Source: Acidobacteriota bacterium
Lineage (GTDB): Bacteria > Acidobacteriota > Aminicenantia > UBA2199
Length of the DNA: 64,000 bases
Assembly: GCA_018897435.1 (NCBI GenBank)
Contig: JAHIKI010000063.1
Span: 16-64,015, forward strand
Direction: 5' to 3'
The notes under the pieces are model-generated. The model saw only the letters and a program-made list of their open reading frames with translations, was not told the origin of the DNA and did not search any database. Shown here in pieces: positions 50,439 to 59,171 of this stretch (its first letter is position 1; every line of letters starts with the position of its first letter). Made by a program: the position numbers and the translations under genes.

Positions 50439-51970
50439 TTAATCTGCAGGTCATACAGGGAAAATTTGCCCAAGGGATTGGGTTGGATGGTGCCGAGTTT
50501 GCGGTTGAAGATAATGACCAGCTTGTCCTGGTACAGTGGAATGACCAGGCCATCGGCTATGATGGTGCGGTTCAGATTTTGGTACAGGGCCTGACGCTTT
50601 TTCGCATCGCTTTCGCGCCGGGCTTGGATCAACTGGGCCTGCAGATCCTTGCGCTTGCTGCCCGCAATAGTGGCGAAACCCTGTTTTTGCAGTTCTTCTG
50701 ACAGCAAAGGGAAAATCATACTGTCGGGATCGGGGAAATCGGCGATCCAGCCCGAATTGGCCAGATCGTAATCGCCCCGGGCGATCCTCTGCTCGTATGC
50801 GTTCGGCTCCAGGCGCGTGAGTTTCAGTTTGATGCCGATCTGTTTCAGGTTCTTGGCGTACATGGAAAGCAGCTGGAAGAGCAGCCCGGCATCTTTTTGC
50901 AAAAGCATTTCAAGCTGGATCTCACGGCCAAGGCCCTCTTTTTTCAGCAGGGCCTGGGCTTTGGCGATGGAAAAATCGATTGGCCGCTCTTCGGGTTCAT
51001 CGGCCATCAAGCCTTTGGGCAGTAACGTATGGATGGGCAGCACGTAATCCTGGAAAACCAATTTCAAAGCCCGCGGGTCCCAGGCGTGGCTCAGAGCCTG
51101 TCGCACTCCTTTGCGGCTCAGCGGCGGCCTGGCGGCGTTGAGCACGGCGTATGTTACCGATAAACAAGGCGTGGCGATGACCTTGACCCAGTCCTGTTTT
51201 TTGTAGCTGACCATCTTCGATATCGAATACGTATAGAGGATGTCCAGCATGCCTTCCTTGAAGTAGTTGTTCAGTATTTCACTCCGGGGTTCGATGGTGT
51301 CGATGTATTCGTCGATGCCTGGCCGGCCGCGCCAGTATTCCTTGTTGGCCGTCAGTACCAAGCGCTTGTTTTTCTGCCAGGAGCTCAACTTGAAAGGGCC
51401 TGTGCCGACCGGCTGGCGCGCGAAGTTGGCGCCGTATTTTTTGACGGCAGTCGGGGAAACGATGGCGGCGCAGTCGACGGTCAGCGTGGCCAGAAAAGGG
51501 AAGAATGGCTCGGAGAGGATGAATTGCACCTGGTGGGTGCCGATCTTTTTAACTGCTTGCAAATAGGTGAATATGTCGGCGAAGAGGGGGAAATCGTGCT
51601 GGCGGTTGGGGTTGGCCGGGTCCATTTGCCGGAAGAAGGTGAAGACCACGGCGTCGGCGCCAAATGGGGTGCCGTCGTGAAAGCGGATGCCGCGGCGCAA
51701 ATTGAAGGTCCAGGTCCGGCCGTCCTTGCTGGTCTCCCAGCTTGTGGCCAGAGAGGGTTCGATTTTCATGGTTTGTGGGTTCAGCTGCACCAGGGTGTCG
51801 AAAATGTTGCAGACATAAAAAGACGAAGTGTCGTCCCAGACCTGGGCGGGATCGATCCCGGTCGGCTCGAAGAGGCTGCCGGACCGCACCACGCGGTCAG
51901 CCATCAGCGGGGCCGCCGTGAGCAGAAAAAGCAGGGTCAGGACTGCTGGCCCTTTCATTTTTATTTTCAT
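50435..51970 (-). CDS. ABC-transporter family 5 (peptide/nickel type) substrate-binding protein
   Basis: 511 aa with a signal peptide. Family-5 SBP motifs (VGTGPFKL). Its stop overlaps the kinase start (ATGA). Confidence 0.85.
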   Translation of the reverse strand: MKIKMKGPAVLTLLFLLTAAPLMADRVVRSGSLFEPTGIDPAQVWDDTSSFYVCNIFDTLVQLNPQTMKIEPSLATSWETSKDGRTWTFNLRRGIRFHDGTPFGADAVVFTFFRQMDPANPNRQHDFPLFADIFTYLQAVKKIGTHQVQFILSEPFFPFLATLTVDCAAIVSPTAVKKYGANFARQPVGTGPFKLSSWQKNKRLVLTANKEYWRGRPGIDEYIDTIEPRSEILNNYFKEGMLDILYTYSISKMVSYKKQDWVKVIATPCLSVTYAVLNAARPPLSRKGVRQALSHAWDPRALKLVFQDYVLPIHTLLPKGLMADEPEERPIDFSIAKAQALLKKEGLGREIQLEMLLQKDAGLLFQLLSMYAKNLKQIGIKLKLTRLEPNAYEQRIARGDYDLANSGWIADFPDPDSMIFPLLSEELQKQGFATIAGSKRKDLQAQLIQARRESDAKKRQALYQNLNRTIIADGLVIPLYQDKLVIIFNRKLGTIQPNPLGKFSLYDLQIK

Positions 51971-53478
51971 TGCTTTGACTCCTTGGTAACATCGCGGAAC
52001 AAGACATGTCCCAGGGGGGTGAACCCCAGGCCGTTGATTTTTTTGCTGCAGGCCATGGTATCGATCAGGTGGAACAGGGGGATCCAGGGCACGTCTTTTT
52101 TCAGGATGACCAGGGCCTCCAGGTAGATCTGGTTTCGTTTCTGCACGTCCAGGGTGGTCTTTCCCAGGTCCAGCAATCGGGTCAATTCGGGGTTTTCATA
52201 AAAAAAGCGGTTGCTGTTGCCGGCGGAAAAGGTGAAAAGGGGATACAGGAAAAAATCGGGATCGGGGCCGGTCGACCAGCCCATGATCAGCAGGTCGTGT
52301 TCGCCCCGTTCGGAGATCTTTATGAGTTCGGCGAACGGAAGCTTGATTTTTTTTATGTTGATCTTGATCTTTTTGGCGAAGACAGCCAGCCGGTCGGCGA
52401 TTTCCTGGATGCCCTCCTGGCCGGCGGCGAAATAGAGCGAGCAGGTGAAGCCGTTTTCCATGCCGGCCGTTTTCAGCAGGGCGCGGGCGGCTTCCAGATT
52501 GAAAGCATTCGGCAGCGTTGTCTTTGCGGCTGGGAAGAGAGGCTGGGGCAGGGGACCGTAGGCCGGAACGGCCAGTTTTTGGAAGATCTGCTTGATCATT
52601 TTTTCCTTGTTGATGATATGCAGGAAAGCGGCGCGGATCTCCTTGCGGTCGAACGGCTTTTTCTTGGTGTTGAAAGCCAGATAGTGGGTGGTTATGGAAG
52701 GGTTTCTCAGAATGGCGATCTCATTGCGGCGTGACAATTCCTCGTATTCCTTGCCCGATTGGATGAGAGCCATGTCGGCGCTGCCGTTCTTGATCTGCAG
52801 CAGCCGGCCCAGCGAGTCGGGCATGACCTTGAAGATGATTTTCTCCAGGCTGACCCTGCCGGCCCAGTAATCGGGGTTGCGGGTCAATATCAGCGACCTG
52901 CCTTTCGACCAGCTGGAGAAACGGAAGGGCCCGGTGCCGACCGGGTGGTACGGAGAGGATTTGCCGGCGGCCGGGGGGGATTGGATGAAAGCGGCGGAAT
53001 CGGCCAGAGCGATGAGAAAGGGAGCATACGGACGGTCCAGGGTGATCTCCACACTGTAGGGATCGCTGCTGCGGATATCGGTTATAAAAGAAAAAAGAAA
53101 ACTCAGCCGCTGATAGAGGGTCTGCTTTTTTTCCAGCCGGCTCTGAAAAGAATAGAGGACGGCCTGGGCGTTGAAAGGGCTGTTGTCATGGAATTTTACG
53201 CCGCGGCGCAGGACAAAGTGCCAACACTTGCCATTTTCCCTGACGCTCCACGAAGTGGCCAGGCAAGGCTCGACACTTGTGGAATTTTTTTTGAAGCGCA
53301 CCAGCCCTTCGAAAATATTGTCCGCGATCTCATTGGAGTAAAAGTCGTCGGCCTGCCAGGGATTGAGGTTAATAGCGTCGGTCGGGCGCAGGTAAATGAT
53401 GGAGTTGTATTCCGCTGCGCACAGGCAATTCCCGGCAATCAAAAAAACAAACAGCAGAGTCACAAATCTCATTATCAA
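51967..53478 (-). CDS. ABC-transporter family 5 substrate-binding protein (paralogue)
   Basis: 503 aa with a signal peptide and VGTGPFRF. Its stop overlaps the start of the next SBP gene (ATGA). Confidence 0.85.
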   Translation of the reverse strand: MIMRFVTLLFVFLIAGNCLCAAEYNSIIYLRPTDAINLNPWQADDFYSNEIADNIFEGLVRFKKNSTSVEPCLATSWSVRENGKCWHFVLRRGVKFHDNSPFNAQAVLYSFQSRLEKKQTLYQRLSFLFSFITDIRSSDPYSVEITLDRPYAPFLIALADSAAFIQSPPAAGKSSPYHPVGTGPFRFSSWSKGRSLILTRNPDYWAGRVSLEKIIFKVMPDSLGRLLQIKNGSADMALIQSGKEYEELSRRNEIAILRNPSITTHYLAFNTKKKPFDRKEIRAAFLHIINKEKMIKQIFQKLAVPAYGPLPQPLFPAAKTTLPNAFNLEAARALLKTAGMENGFTCSLYFAAGQEGIQEIADRLAVFAKKIKINIKKIKLPFAELIKISERGEHDLLIMGWSTGPDPDFFLYPLFTFSAGNSNRFFYENPELTRLLDLGKTTLDVQKRNQIYLEALVILKKDVPWIPLFHLIDTMACSKKINGLGFTPLGHVLFRDVTKESKQ

Positions 53479-53645
53479 TAATAATAAACTAATATATTCA
53501 AATTTTCAATTGTGAAAGCAAGGAGGGCGGGTTGCGCGACCGGATTTCAGAAAAGTCAATTCCCCGCTGAAAGATACATGAACTAGATACTTTTCTTTGA
53601 TTCTTGATAAAGAGAACCGGGAATAGTATTTTTTAAAAAGGATTT

Positions 53646-54200
53646 TTATGATTTTTCAGTTTGCCAACAGCGGCTTTGTACGATCCGGGCCAGTGTGTAC
53701 AGAAAAATGTCGCTACGCCGGGTGCGGCGAATGTCCTCGCGCTTGACTTCGAACCAGAACTGGCACAGCTGTTCCAATACCTGGCACAAAGTGGCAATGG
53801 TGCCGGCCACGCCTTTTTCGTCTTTGACGACCAATTCCTTCATTTCCCGGTTCATGGTGATGATCCGCTCCTGGTAATCCCAGACATTGCCGCCGTTTGA
53901 AGGGCTTTTGTGGTTGGTTTCCTGAAAAATCGCATTCTTGACATCTTCTTCCAAAAGCAGGTCCGCCTCATAGCGGATGAATTCGCGGAACTGTTCGGCC
54001 GGATTGAGCGGTTCGTCGCCGATTTCATCGTTTCCGGGAATATGGGTCATGAAGCTGAGCAGGTATTGCAAGATCTGGCAGACTTTTTCGGACCGTTCTT
54101 TGTGCCGGAAAAATTGTTCCAGGTTGGCCGGGGACAAGACCGGCCCGGACCGCTCCGCCAGCACATCGTCCTGGATGGCCTTCATCGTACACTTCCTCAA
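53646..54200 (-). CDS. hypothetical protein
   Basis: 184-aa ORF with no recognised family. Diverges from a 460-bp palindrome-rich intergenic region. Confidence 0.45.
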   Translation of the reverse strand: MRKCTMKAIQDDVLAERSGPVLSPANLEQFFRHKERSEKVCQILQYLLSFMTHIPGNDEIGDEPLNPAEQFREFIRYEADLLLEEDVKNAIFQETNHKSPSNGGNVWDYQERIITMNREMKELVVKDEKGVAGTIATLCQVLEQLCQFWFEVKREDIRRTRRSDIFLYTLARIVQSRCWQTEKS

Positions 54201-54355
54201 ACAACAATTCTTTTTCGTCGCACGGACAATAAAAAAGAGTTTTGGTTTTCATGCGAATAATAGAGCAAAACATGTGCCAAATAACGGGGGGTCTTGAAAG
54301 TGTTGTCTGCAAAGGGTTCTTGCTTTTCCAAGTTCCGGACCGCTGGCAGCAATGG

Positions 54356-54372
54356 TGTCCCAAATTGGGACA
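54356..54372. promoter_or_regulatory. 17-bp palindromic operator candidate, site 1
   Basis: TGTCCCA-AAT-TGGGACA, a perfect inverted repeat. Confidence 0.5.
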
Positions 54373-54428
54373 TCGGCCGGGGCTGGTGACGAAATCTTTA
54401 TCGGAAAAGCCTCTTCAAGCCCGAGCTC

Positions 54429-54445
54429 TGTCTTATTTTGGGACA
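54429..54445. promoter_or_regulatory. 17-bp palindromic operator candidate, site 2 (degenerate)
   Basis: TGTCTTA-TTT-TGGGACA, with two mismatches in the left half-site. Confidence 0.4.
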
Positions 54446-54496
54446 GTAAGCGATTTTTTAGCAAATGCCCATTTGGATTGGTTTTGCGACCCGCGC

Positions 54497-54513
54497 TGTC
54501 CCATTTTGGGACA
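54497..54513. promoter_or_regulatory. 17-bp palindromic operator candidate, site 3
   Basis: TGTCCCA-TTT-TGGGACA, a perfect inverted repeat flanked by CCGCG/CCGCGG. Confidence 0.5.
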
Positions 54514-54692
54514 ACCGCGGCGAGATGATTTGCCGCCCGATTTGCTTTTTTAAAAAAAAGGTAGTAAGATTAAACTAATTGTGAGATATTAATGAAATCA
54601 GGAATTCTTTTTTATATATATAAATCAATTCTCCCTGAAATTGATTTTTTTGAAACGATTGGTTGTCAGGAGGGCGCGTGATATTTTTTAAG

Positions 54693-56084
54693 ATGCCAAA
54701 GTTGACCATCGGCGGTCGCAGCGCTTCCCTGCCCATAGTCCAGGGTGGCATGGGGGTGGGAATTTCCCTTTCCGGCCTCGCGTCTTCCGTGGCCGCGCAA
54801 GGTGGCATCGGAGTCATCGCCGCCAACGGTATCGGTATGATTGAACCCGACTACTACGAAGACGGCCGGGCGGCCAACATCAAGGCCCTGCGCAGCGAGA
54901 TCCGCAAGGCCCGGAAAAAGACATCGGGCCTGATTGGGGTCAATATCATGGTGGCGGCCAATGATTTCCAGCAACTCCTGGACGTGGCCATTGAAGAAAA
55001 AGCCGACGCCCTGTTCATGGGGGCCGGCTTGCCGATCAAGAACATCCCGGTGGCCAAGATCCGCGCCGCCAACGTTCTAGTGATCCCCATAGTTTCATCT
55101 GGCCGCGCCGCCGAGCTGATTTTCAAATATTGGGATAAAAACTACGGCGATATCCCCGATGCGGTAGTGGTCGAAGGGCCTCTGGCCGGGGGGCATCTGG
55201 GCTTCAAAGTTGACCAGCTGGAAAATCCCGCCCAGGCGCTGGAAATTCTTGTGCCGCAGGTCGTTGCCGCCGTCGCTGGTTTTCAGGAAACCTTTCACAA
55301 AAAAATTCCGGTCATCGCCGCCGGCGGCATCTTCAGTGGTGAAGATATCCTTCGTTTCCTGCATCTGGGCGCGCAGGGCGTACAGATGGCGACCCGCTTT
55401 GTGGCCACCGATGAATGTGACGCCGATCCCCGTTTCAAGGAAGCATATCTCGAATGCCGCCCGCAGGATATCGTCATCATCAAGAGCCCGGTCGGGCTCC
55501 CCGGGAGGGCTATCCGTAATCACTTCCTGGACAATTCAGCCGCCGGAGTGCGTAACGTCAACCGCTGTGCCTGGCGCTGCCTGGACCAGTGTGACATCAA
55601 ACACGCCGACTATTGCATCTCGGCCGCCCTGGACAACGCCCGCCAGGGCTTGCTTGACCAGGGCTTCGCTTTTTGCGGTGCCAACGCCTACCGCGTAAAC
55701 AAGATCGTTCCCGTGGCCGAATTGCTGGAAAGTTTGAAATATGAATATGAAGAAGCCTTTGTCCAGAGCCTGGTCACACTGAAGGACGAATACCTGAAGA
55801 CGATCGAAAAAAAATTCGCCGCCCTGCGTCAGGATTACCTGCAGGCTCGGCAGCGCTTGATCAGCCTGAGCCATGAAGCTGGGAAGGCCTGGGAGGTTCG
55901 CCGGGACTCGCTGCGCGAAGATTATGAACGGGCGCAAAGGATGGCCAACATGCTGAAACATGAATATGAGACCACCCTGGAAAAAATAAACGTCCTCAAG
56001 GAGCGCTTCCCGGAAAAATTGGCCGAATTGCAGGCCCTGGCCCAGCGTTTTCAGGCCGATCTGGCCCTGAACCCGGTGGGCTGA
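54693..56084 (+). CDS. nitronate monooxygenase / FabK-like FMN oxidoreductase with a C-terminal coiled-coil extension
   Basis: ORF 54663..56084, with ATG at 54693 (MPKLTIGG). PIVQGGMGVGIS and AAGGIFSGEDI match the NMO family. The last ~115 aa are heptad-like and charged. Confidence 0.8.
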   Translation: MPKLTIGGRSASLPIVQGGMGVGISLSGLASSVAAQGGIGVIAANGIGMIEPDYYEDGRAANIKALRSEIRKARKKTSGLIGVNIMVAANDFQQLLDVAIEEKADALFMGAGLPIKNIPVAKIRAANVLVIPIVSSGRAAELIFKYWDKNYGDIPDAVVVEGPLAGGHLGFKVDQLENPAQALEILVPQVVAAVAGFQETFHKKIPVIAAGGIFSGEDILRFLHLGAQGVQMATRFVATDECDADPRFKEAYLECRPQDIVIIKSPVGLPGRAIRNHFLDNSAAGVRNVNRCAWRCLDQCDIKHADYCISAALDNARQGLLDQGFAFCGANAYRVNKIVPVAELLESLKYEYEEAFVQSLVTLKDEYLKTIEKKFAALRQDYLQARQRLISLSHEAGKAWEVRRDSLREDYERAQRMANMLKHEYETTLEKINVLKERFPEKLAELQALAQRFQADLALNPVG

Positions 56085-56217
56085 ATAATGGTTTTTTAGA
56101 GCGCTGCCGCTGAAAGCGGCAACTGCCAGAGATCGAAGAGCGGCCGGAAATTGCTGAACAGATGATCAGGGCCGCGGCCGTGAATTCCCCCCCGCTTCTT
56201 TTCAGCGGATTGCCCTC

Positions 56218-56595
56218 ATGCATGTCCTTTTCATCGCCGGTCTGGCCTTGGAAGCCTACCCCTGGAATATGCCGCTCGATTTTCTAACCATTTTTTGCCT
56301 GGCGGTTTTGGCCGTGTTGCAGGCGGGACGCTGGTGGTGCATGGCGACTTTGGGAGAAAACTGGAATGTGCGCATCATCGTGGTGCCGGGAGAAGGGCTC
56401 AAGCGTTCCGGGCCTTACCGCTGGCTCCGGCATCCCAATTACCTGCTGCTGGTCCTGGAATTCGTCTTCCTGCCGCTGCTGATGCGCGCTTTCATCACCC
56501 TGGCCGTTTTTTCAATGGCCAACCTGCTGCTGCGCCAGCGCATCCAACTGGAGGAAAAGGCCTTGGCGCAGGATGTGGCTCGCTCCGGGGATTAA
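56218..56595 (+). CDS. isoprenylcysteine carboxyl methyltransferase (ICMT) family protein, short form
   Basis: 125 aa. LKRSGPYRWLRHPNYLLLVLEFVFLPLL is the ICMT/PEMT-like motif. Confidence 0.65.
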   Translation: MHVLFIAGLALEAYPWNMPLDFLTIFCLAVLAVLQAGRWWCMATLGENWNVRIIVVPGEGLKRSGPYRWLRHPNYLLLVLEFVFLPLLMRAFITLAVFSMANLLLRQRIQLEEKALAQDVARSGD

Positions 56596-56729
56596 AAACG
56601 CATCCCTCCGAAAAAGAGGGACGCAATGGCTGGCAAGTGACGAGTTTATGCCATGATGCCATCCGTCCGCAAATGTTGACGTAGGCGCTAAAAAGCGCTT
56701 GCGAAATAGTACACTGAGGAGAGGAGGCT

Positions 56730-56757
56730 TTGATTTATTTTTTTACATTGCTATAAT
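56730..56757 (+). promoter_or_regulatory. near-consensus sigma70-like promoter facing the cassette array
   Basis: TTGATT (56730-56735), 16-nt spacer, TATAAT (56752-56757). Confidence 0.4.
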
Positions 56758-56782
56758 GGAACCAGTTTTATGAAAGGAGGAT

Positions 56783-56929
56783 GGGATTTTTCCAACAGCG
56801 TCGCATTTCCCCGCGCGCCGGACACCGGCGGCAGCTTGGGCGGCCGGGAACAAGACCACCGAGATATATACCCATGTTTCCATGAAAAACATAGGGAAAA
56901 TAAGGAGTCCATTTGATGAGCTCGACTAA
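56783..56929 (+). pseudogene. C-terminal remnant of a tyrosine recombinase/integrase
   Basis: The in-frame translation ends ...AAGNKTTEIYTHVSMKNIGKIRSPFDELD*. TTEIYTHV carries the catalytic Tyr box and ...SPFD is a typical integrase tail. Upstream sequence is degenerate and lacks a start. Confidence 0.6.
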
Positions 56930-56955
56930 CACATTCAAGGTAGACAAAACATGCC

Positions 56956-57085
56956 GGTTATCAAGTTATCATCTACCAGAGGTGGACATACCATACCGTC
57001 AGAGTGGTTATCATCTACTTTTAAGTGGAGCTGTTAAAGTGAAAATATCACTACCAGGTAGTGTTAGCGAGTAGTTGTGCGAAAT
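56956..57085 (+). other. attI-like recombination site region
   Basis: Direct repeats GGTTATCA-AGTTATCATCTAC (56956-56976) and GGTTATCATCTAC (57006-57018). Palindrome CACTACCAGGTAGTG (57049-57063). Core-like GTTAGCG (57063) and GTTGTGCGAAAT (57074-57085); the latter is identical to the end of the attC at 62629-62640. Confidence 0.45.
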
Positions 57086-58174
57086 ATGCTTCACTATTTT
57101 ACAAAGATAAAGATGCCGAGTAGGATAGAAATGAAAGGTAAACTGAATAAATCATATTTAAATCAACTAGTAAAAAATGTTATTACAAAAAAATATATTT
57201 ACGGAGCTGTTTTTTATGTATCATCTGATGACAACAGCATCGATTTAATCAGTGCATCCGGAAATATGAAAGAAGATAGTCAATACTATATCGCCAGCAT
57301 AAATAAGTTTTTTGTTTCTGCAATCATCCTGAAATTGTATACAGAAAACAAATTAGACCTGCAGGATAAAATCTCAAAATACCTTCCGCAAGAGGTAGTT
57401 CGGGGATTACATTTACATAAGGGAAAGGAATTTTCTAATGACCTTTCCATTGCCCATCTGATGTCTCATACCTCGGGGCTCCCCTGTTATCTGACCGATA
57501 AACAAGCCAACGGAAAAACAGCGATGAAAGAGCTTGAAGCAGGCATTGATCAACCCTGGCCAATTCACAAAGTAATTCAAGAGGTAAAAAGGATGAAAAC
57601 ACACTTTCCTCCCGGGAAAGAAGGCAGGGCTAAATATATTGATACAAACCATCTAATTTTGGGCTTAATCATAGAAAACATTACAGGAGAGCCTGTAAAT
57701 ATTGTCCTGAAAAATCTGTTTCAAGAACTGAACCTAACTAAAACTTATGTGTGTGAAGATGCAAATGATAAAAATTTTGTTCCCATCCGTTATAAATCGG
57801 AAACAAGACATATTCCGCTTTTTCTCACCTCTACACAAAATGATATTATTTCCACTGCAAAGGACCAAATGACATTTTTAAAAGCATTCTTCAGCGGTTA
57901 TTTTTTCCCAAAGGAAAGACTGAACGAATTGGAGAAGTGGAATGACATTTTCTTTCCTTTTAAATATGGTATCGGCATACAAAAATTCTATATGCCCCGC
58001 ATTCTTTCGCCTTTTCATCCCGTACCCGATATGGTCGGTCATTGTGGTTCTACCGGTTCAGCGGCTTTTTATGTGCCTGATATGGATCTCTACATAACGG
58101 GATCTATAAACCAGCAAGCAAGGCCTAATATCGCGTTTCAGACCATGATAAAAATTATTAATAAATTGAGTTAA
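57086..58174 (+). CDS. serine hydrolase, beta-lactamase/esterase (class C-related) family; cassette 1
   Basis: S-x-x-K nucleophile motif in YYIASINKF and HTSGLP further on. Start uncertain (57086, 57113 or 57131). Confidence 0.75.
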   Translation: MLHYFTKIKMPSRIEMKGKLNKSYLNQLVKNVITKKYIYGAVFYVSSDDNSIDLISASGNMKEDSQYYIASINKFFVSAIILKLYTENKLDLQDKISKYLPQEVVRGLHLHKGKEFSNDLSIAHLMSHTSGLPCYLTDKQANGKTAMKELEAGIDQPWPIHKVIQEVKRMKTHFPPGKEGRAKYIDTNHLILGLIIENITGEPVNIVLKNLFQELNLTKTYVCEDANDKNFVPIRYKSETRHIPLFLTSTQNDIISTAKDQMTFLKAFFSGYFFPKERLNELEKWNDIFFPFKYGIGIQKFYMPRILSPFHPVPDMVGHCGSTGSAAFYVPDMDLYITGSINQQARPNIAFQTMIKIINKLS

Positions 58175-58210
58175 TAAAATGGTTGTTAAGGAAGAAATAA
58201 GGAAGCATAC

Positions 58211-58283
58211 TTCATACAACAGCGGCTATGCGGTTTCGCTCCCTTCGGTCGCAACTTCGGGTAGCCGCCACCGTTATCTGACA
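58211..58283 (+). other. attC-like site 1
   Basis: The inverse-core-like box CATACAAC (58213) plus AGCGGCTATGCGG pairs imperfectly with GTAGCCGCCACC plus the core-like box GTTATCT (58273-58279). Confidence 0.6.
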
Positions 58284-58341
58284 TTCGGCTTATGATCGAA
58301 ACAAGTTATCGAAGATAAATCTATTAGGAGGTGTGTATAAA

Positions 58342-59019
58342 ATGACAAGATATATGTCAAAGGGAAAATGTAGTTTTTGTAATGAAACCTTCGGTAAGGC
58401 AGCAATGACTAAACACTTGAAGTCATGCAAACAAAAAAAATCTGCGGCGGAGACAATAGCGGAGAAGCGAAAGTTACAGAGAACAGAGATTTTACATCTT
58501 GTAGTTGAGGGGCGCGATTTGCCTGAGTATTGGATGCATCTTTCTGTGCCAGCTAATGCAACTCTTAAAGACTTGGACGGCTTCCTCAGAGATATCTGGT
58601 TGGAGTGCTGTGGGCACCTAAGTGCGTTCACAATCGAAGGGAAGAGATACTCTATACACCCGATGAAAGAGTATGACGAAAGAAGCATGAAGGGTGCGCT
58701 GGGGGATGTAGTTGGCCTTGGAATGAAGTTTTATCATGAGTATGACTTCGGCACTACTACGGAGCTTTCCCTGCGAGTTATGTCAGGACAGGAACGTGAA
58801 GCTAAGGGTAAATCCATTCAGCTTCTGGCTAGGAATAACCCTCCATCGATAGCCTGTGAATCGTGTGGAAAAATTGCTACACAAGTGTGCACTGAATGTA
58901 TCTGGCCGGACAAAGGATGGCTTTGCGATAAATGTGGTCGCAAACATGAGTGTGGCGAAGATATGCTCTTGCCCGTAGTTAATTCTCCACGAGTTGGGAT
59001 GTGTGGATATACAGGATAG
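58342..59019 (+). CDS. pRiA4b ORF-3-like (PF07929-type) domain protein with zinc-ribbon termini; cassette 2
   Basis: ATG at 58342 lies 11 nt after AGGAGG. LHLVVEG...WMHLSVPANATLKDLDGFLRDIWLECCGHLSAF...YHEYDFGTTTEL resembles PF07929. CSFC...C and CESCG...CTEC...CDKCG clusters. Confidence 0.55.
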   Translation: MTRYMSKGKCSFCNETFGKAAMTKHLKSCKQKKSAAETIAEKRKLQRTEILHLVVEGRDLPEYWMHLSVPANATLKDLDGFLRDIWLECCGHLSAFTIEGKRYSIHPMKEYDERSMKGALGDVVGLGMKFYHEYDFGTTTELSLRVMSGQEREAKGKSIQLLARNNPPSIACESCGKIATQVCTECIWPDKGWLCDKCGRKHECGEDMLLPVVNSPRVGMCGYTG

Positions 59020-59037
59020 GAACATGATGCGTGGCGA

Positions 59038-59118
59038 ACGTCAGATAACAGCGTGTTTGCGGTTCGCTTCGCTCACCCAAATGCTTCGGCATTTCGCAAA
59101 CACGCACTCGTTAGGAAA
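59038..59118 (+). other. attC-like site 2
   Basis: CAGATAAC (59041) plus AGCGTGTTTGCG pairs with CGCAAACACGCACT (59094), which is followed by GTTAGGA (59109-59115). Confidence 0.65.
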
Positions 59119-59171
59119 AATTGCAAGCCCGCTACAAGAAACTTTATTGAAGGAAGGAGGTAACTAAAATT

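Noticed and set aside
54325-54360. Sigma54-type promoter near CTGGCAGCAATGGTG upstream of the palindromes.
   Set aside because: The GG-N10-GC spacing of the -24/-12 elements is not satisfied.
54242-54553. 103-aa ORF inside the 460-bp intergenic region.
   Set aside because: It has no SD or family resemblance, and it spans all three palindromic sites. The region is more plausibly regulatory.
56599-56624. Hairpin CGCATCCCTC-CGAAAAA-GAGGGACGC after the ICMT gene as an intrinsic terminator.
   Set aside because: The stem has a mismatch and no T-tract follows, so it is too weak to list as a feature. It may still mark the chromosome/island junction.
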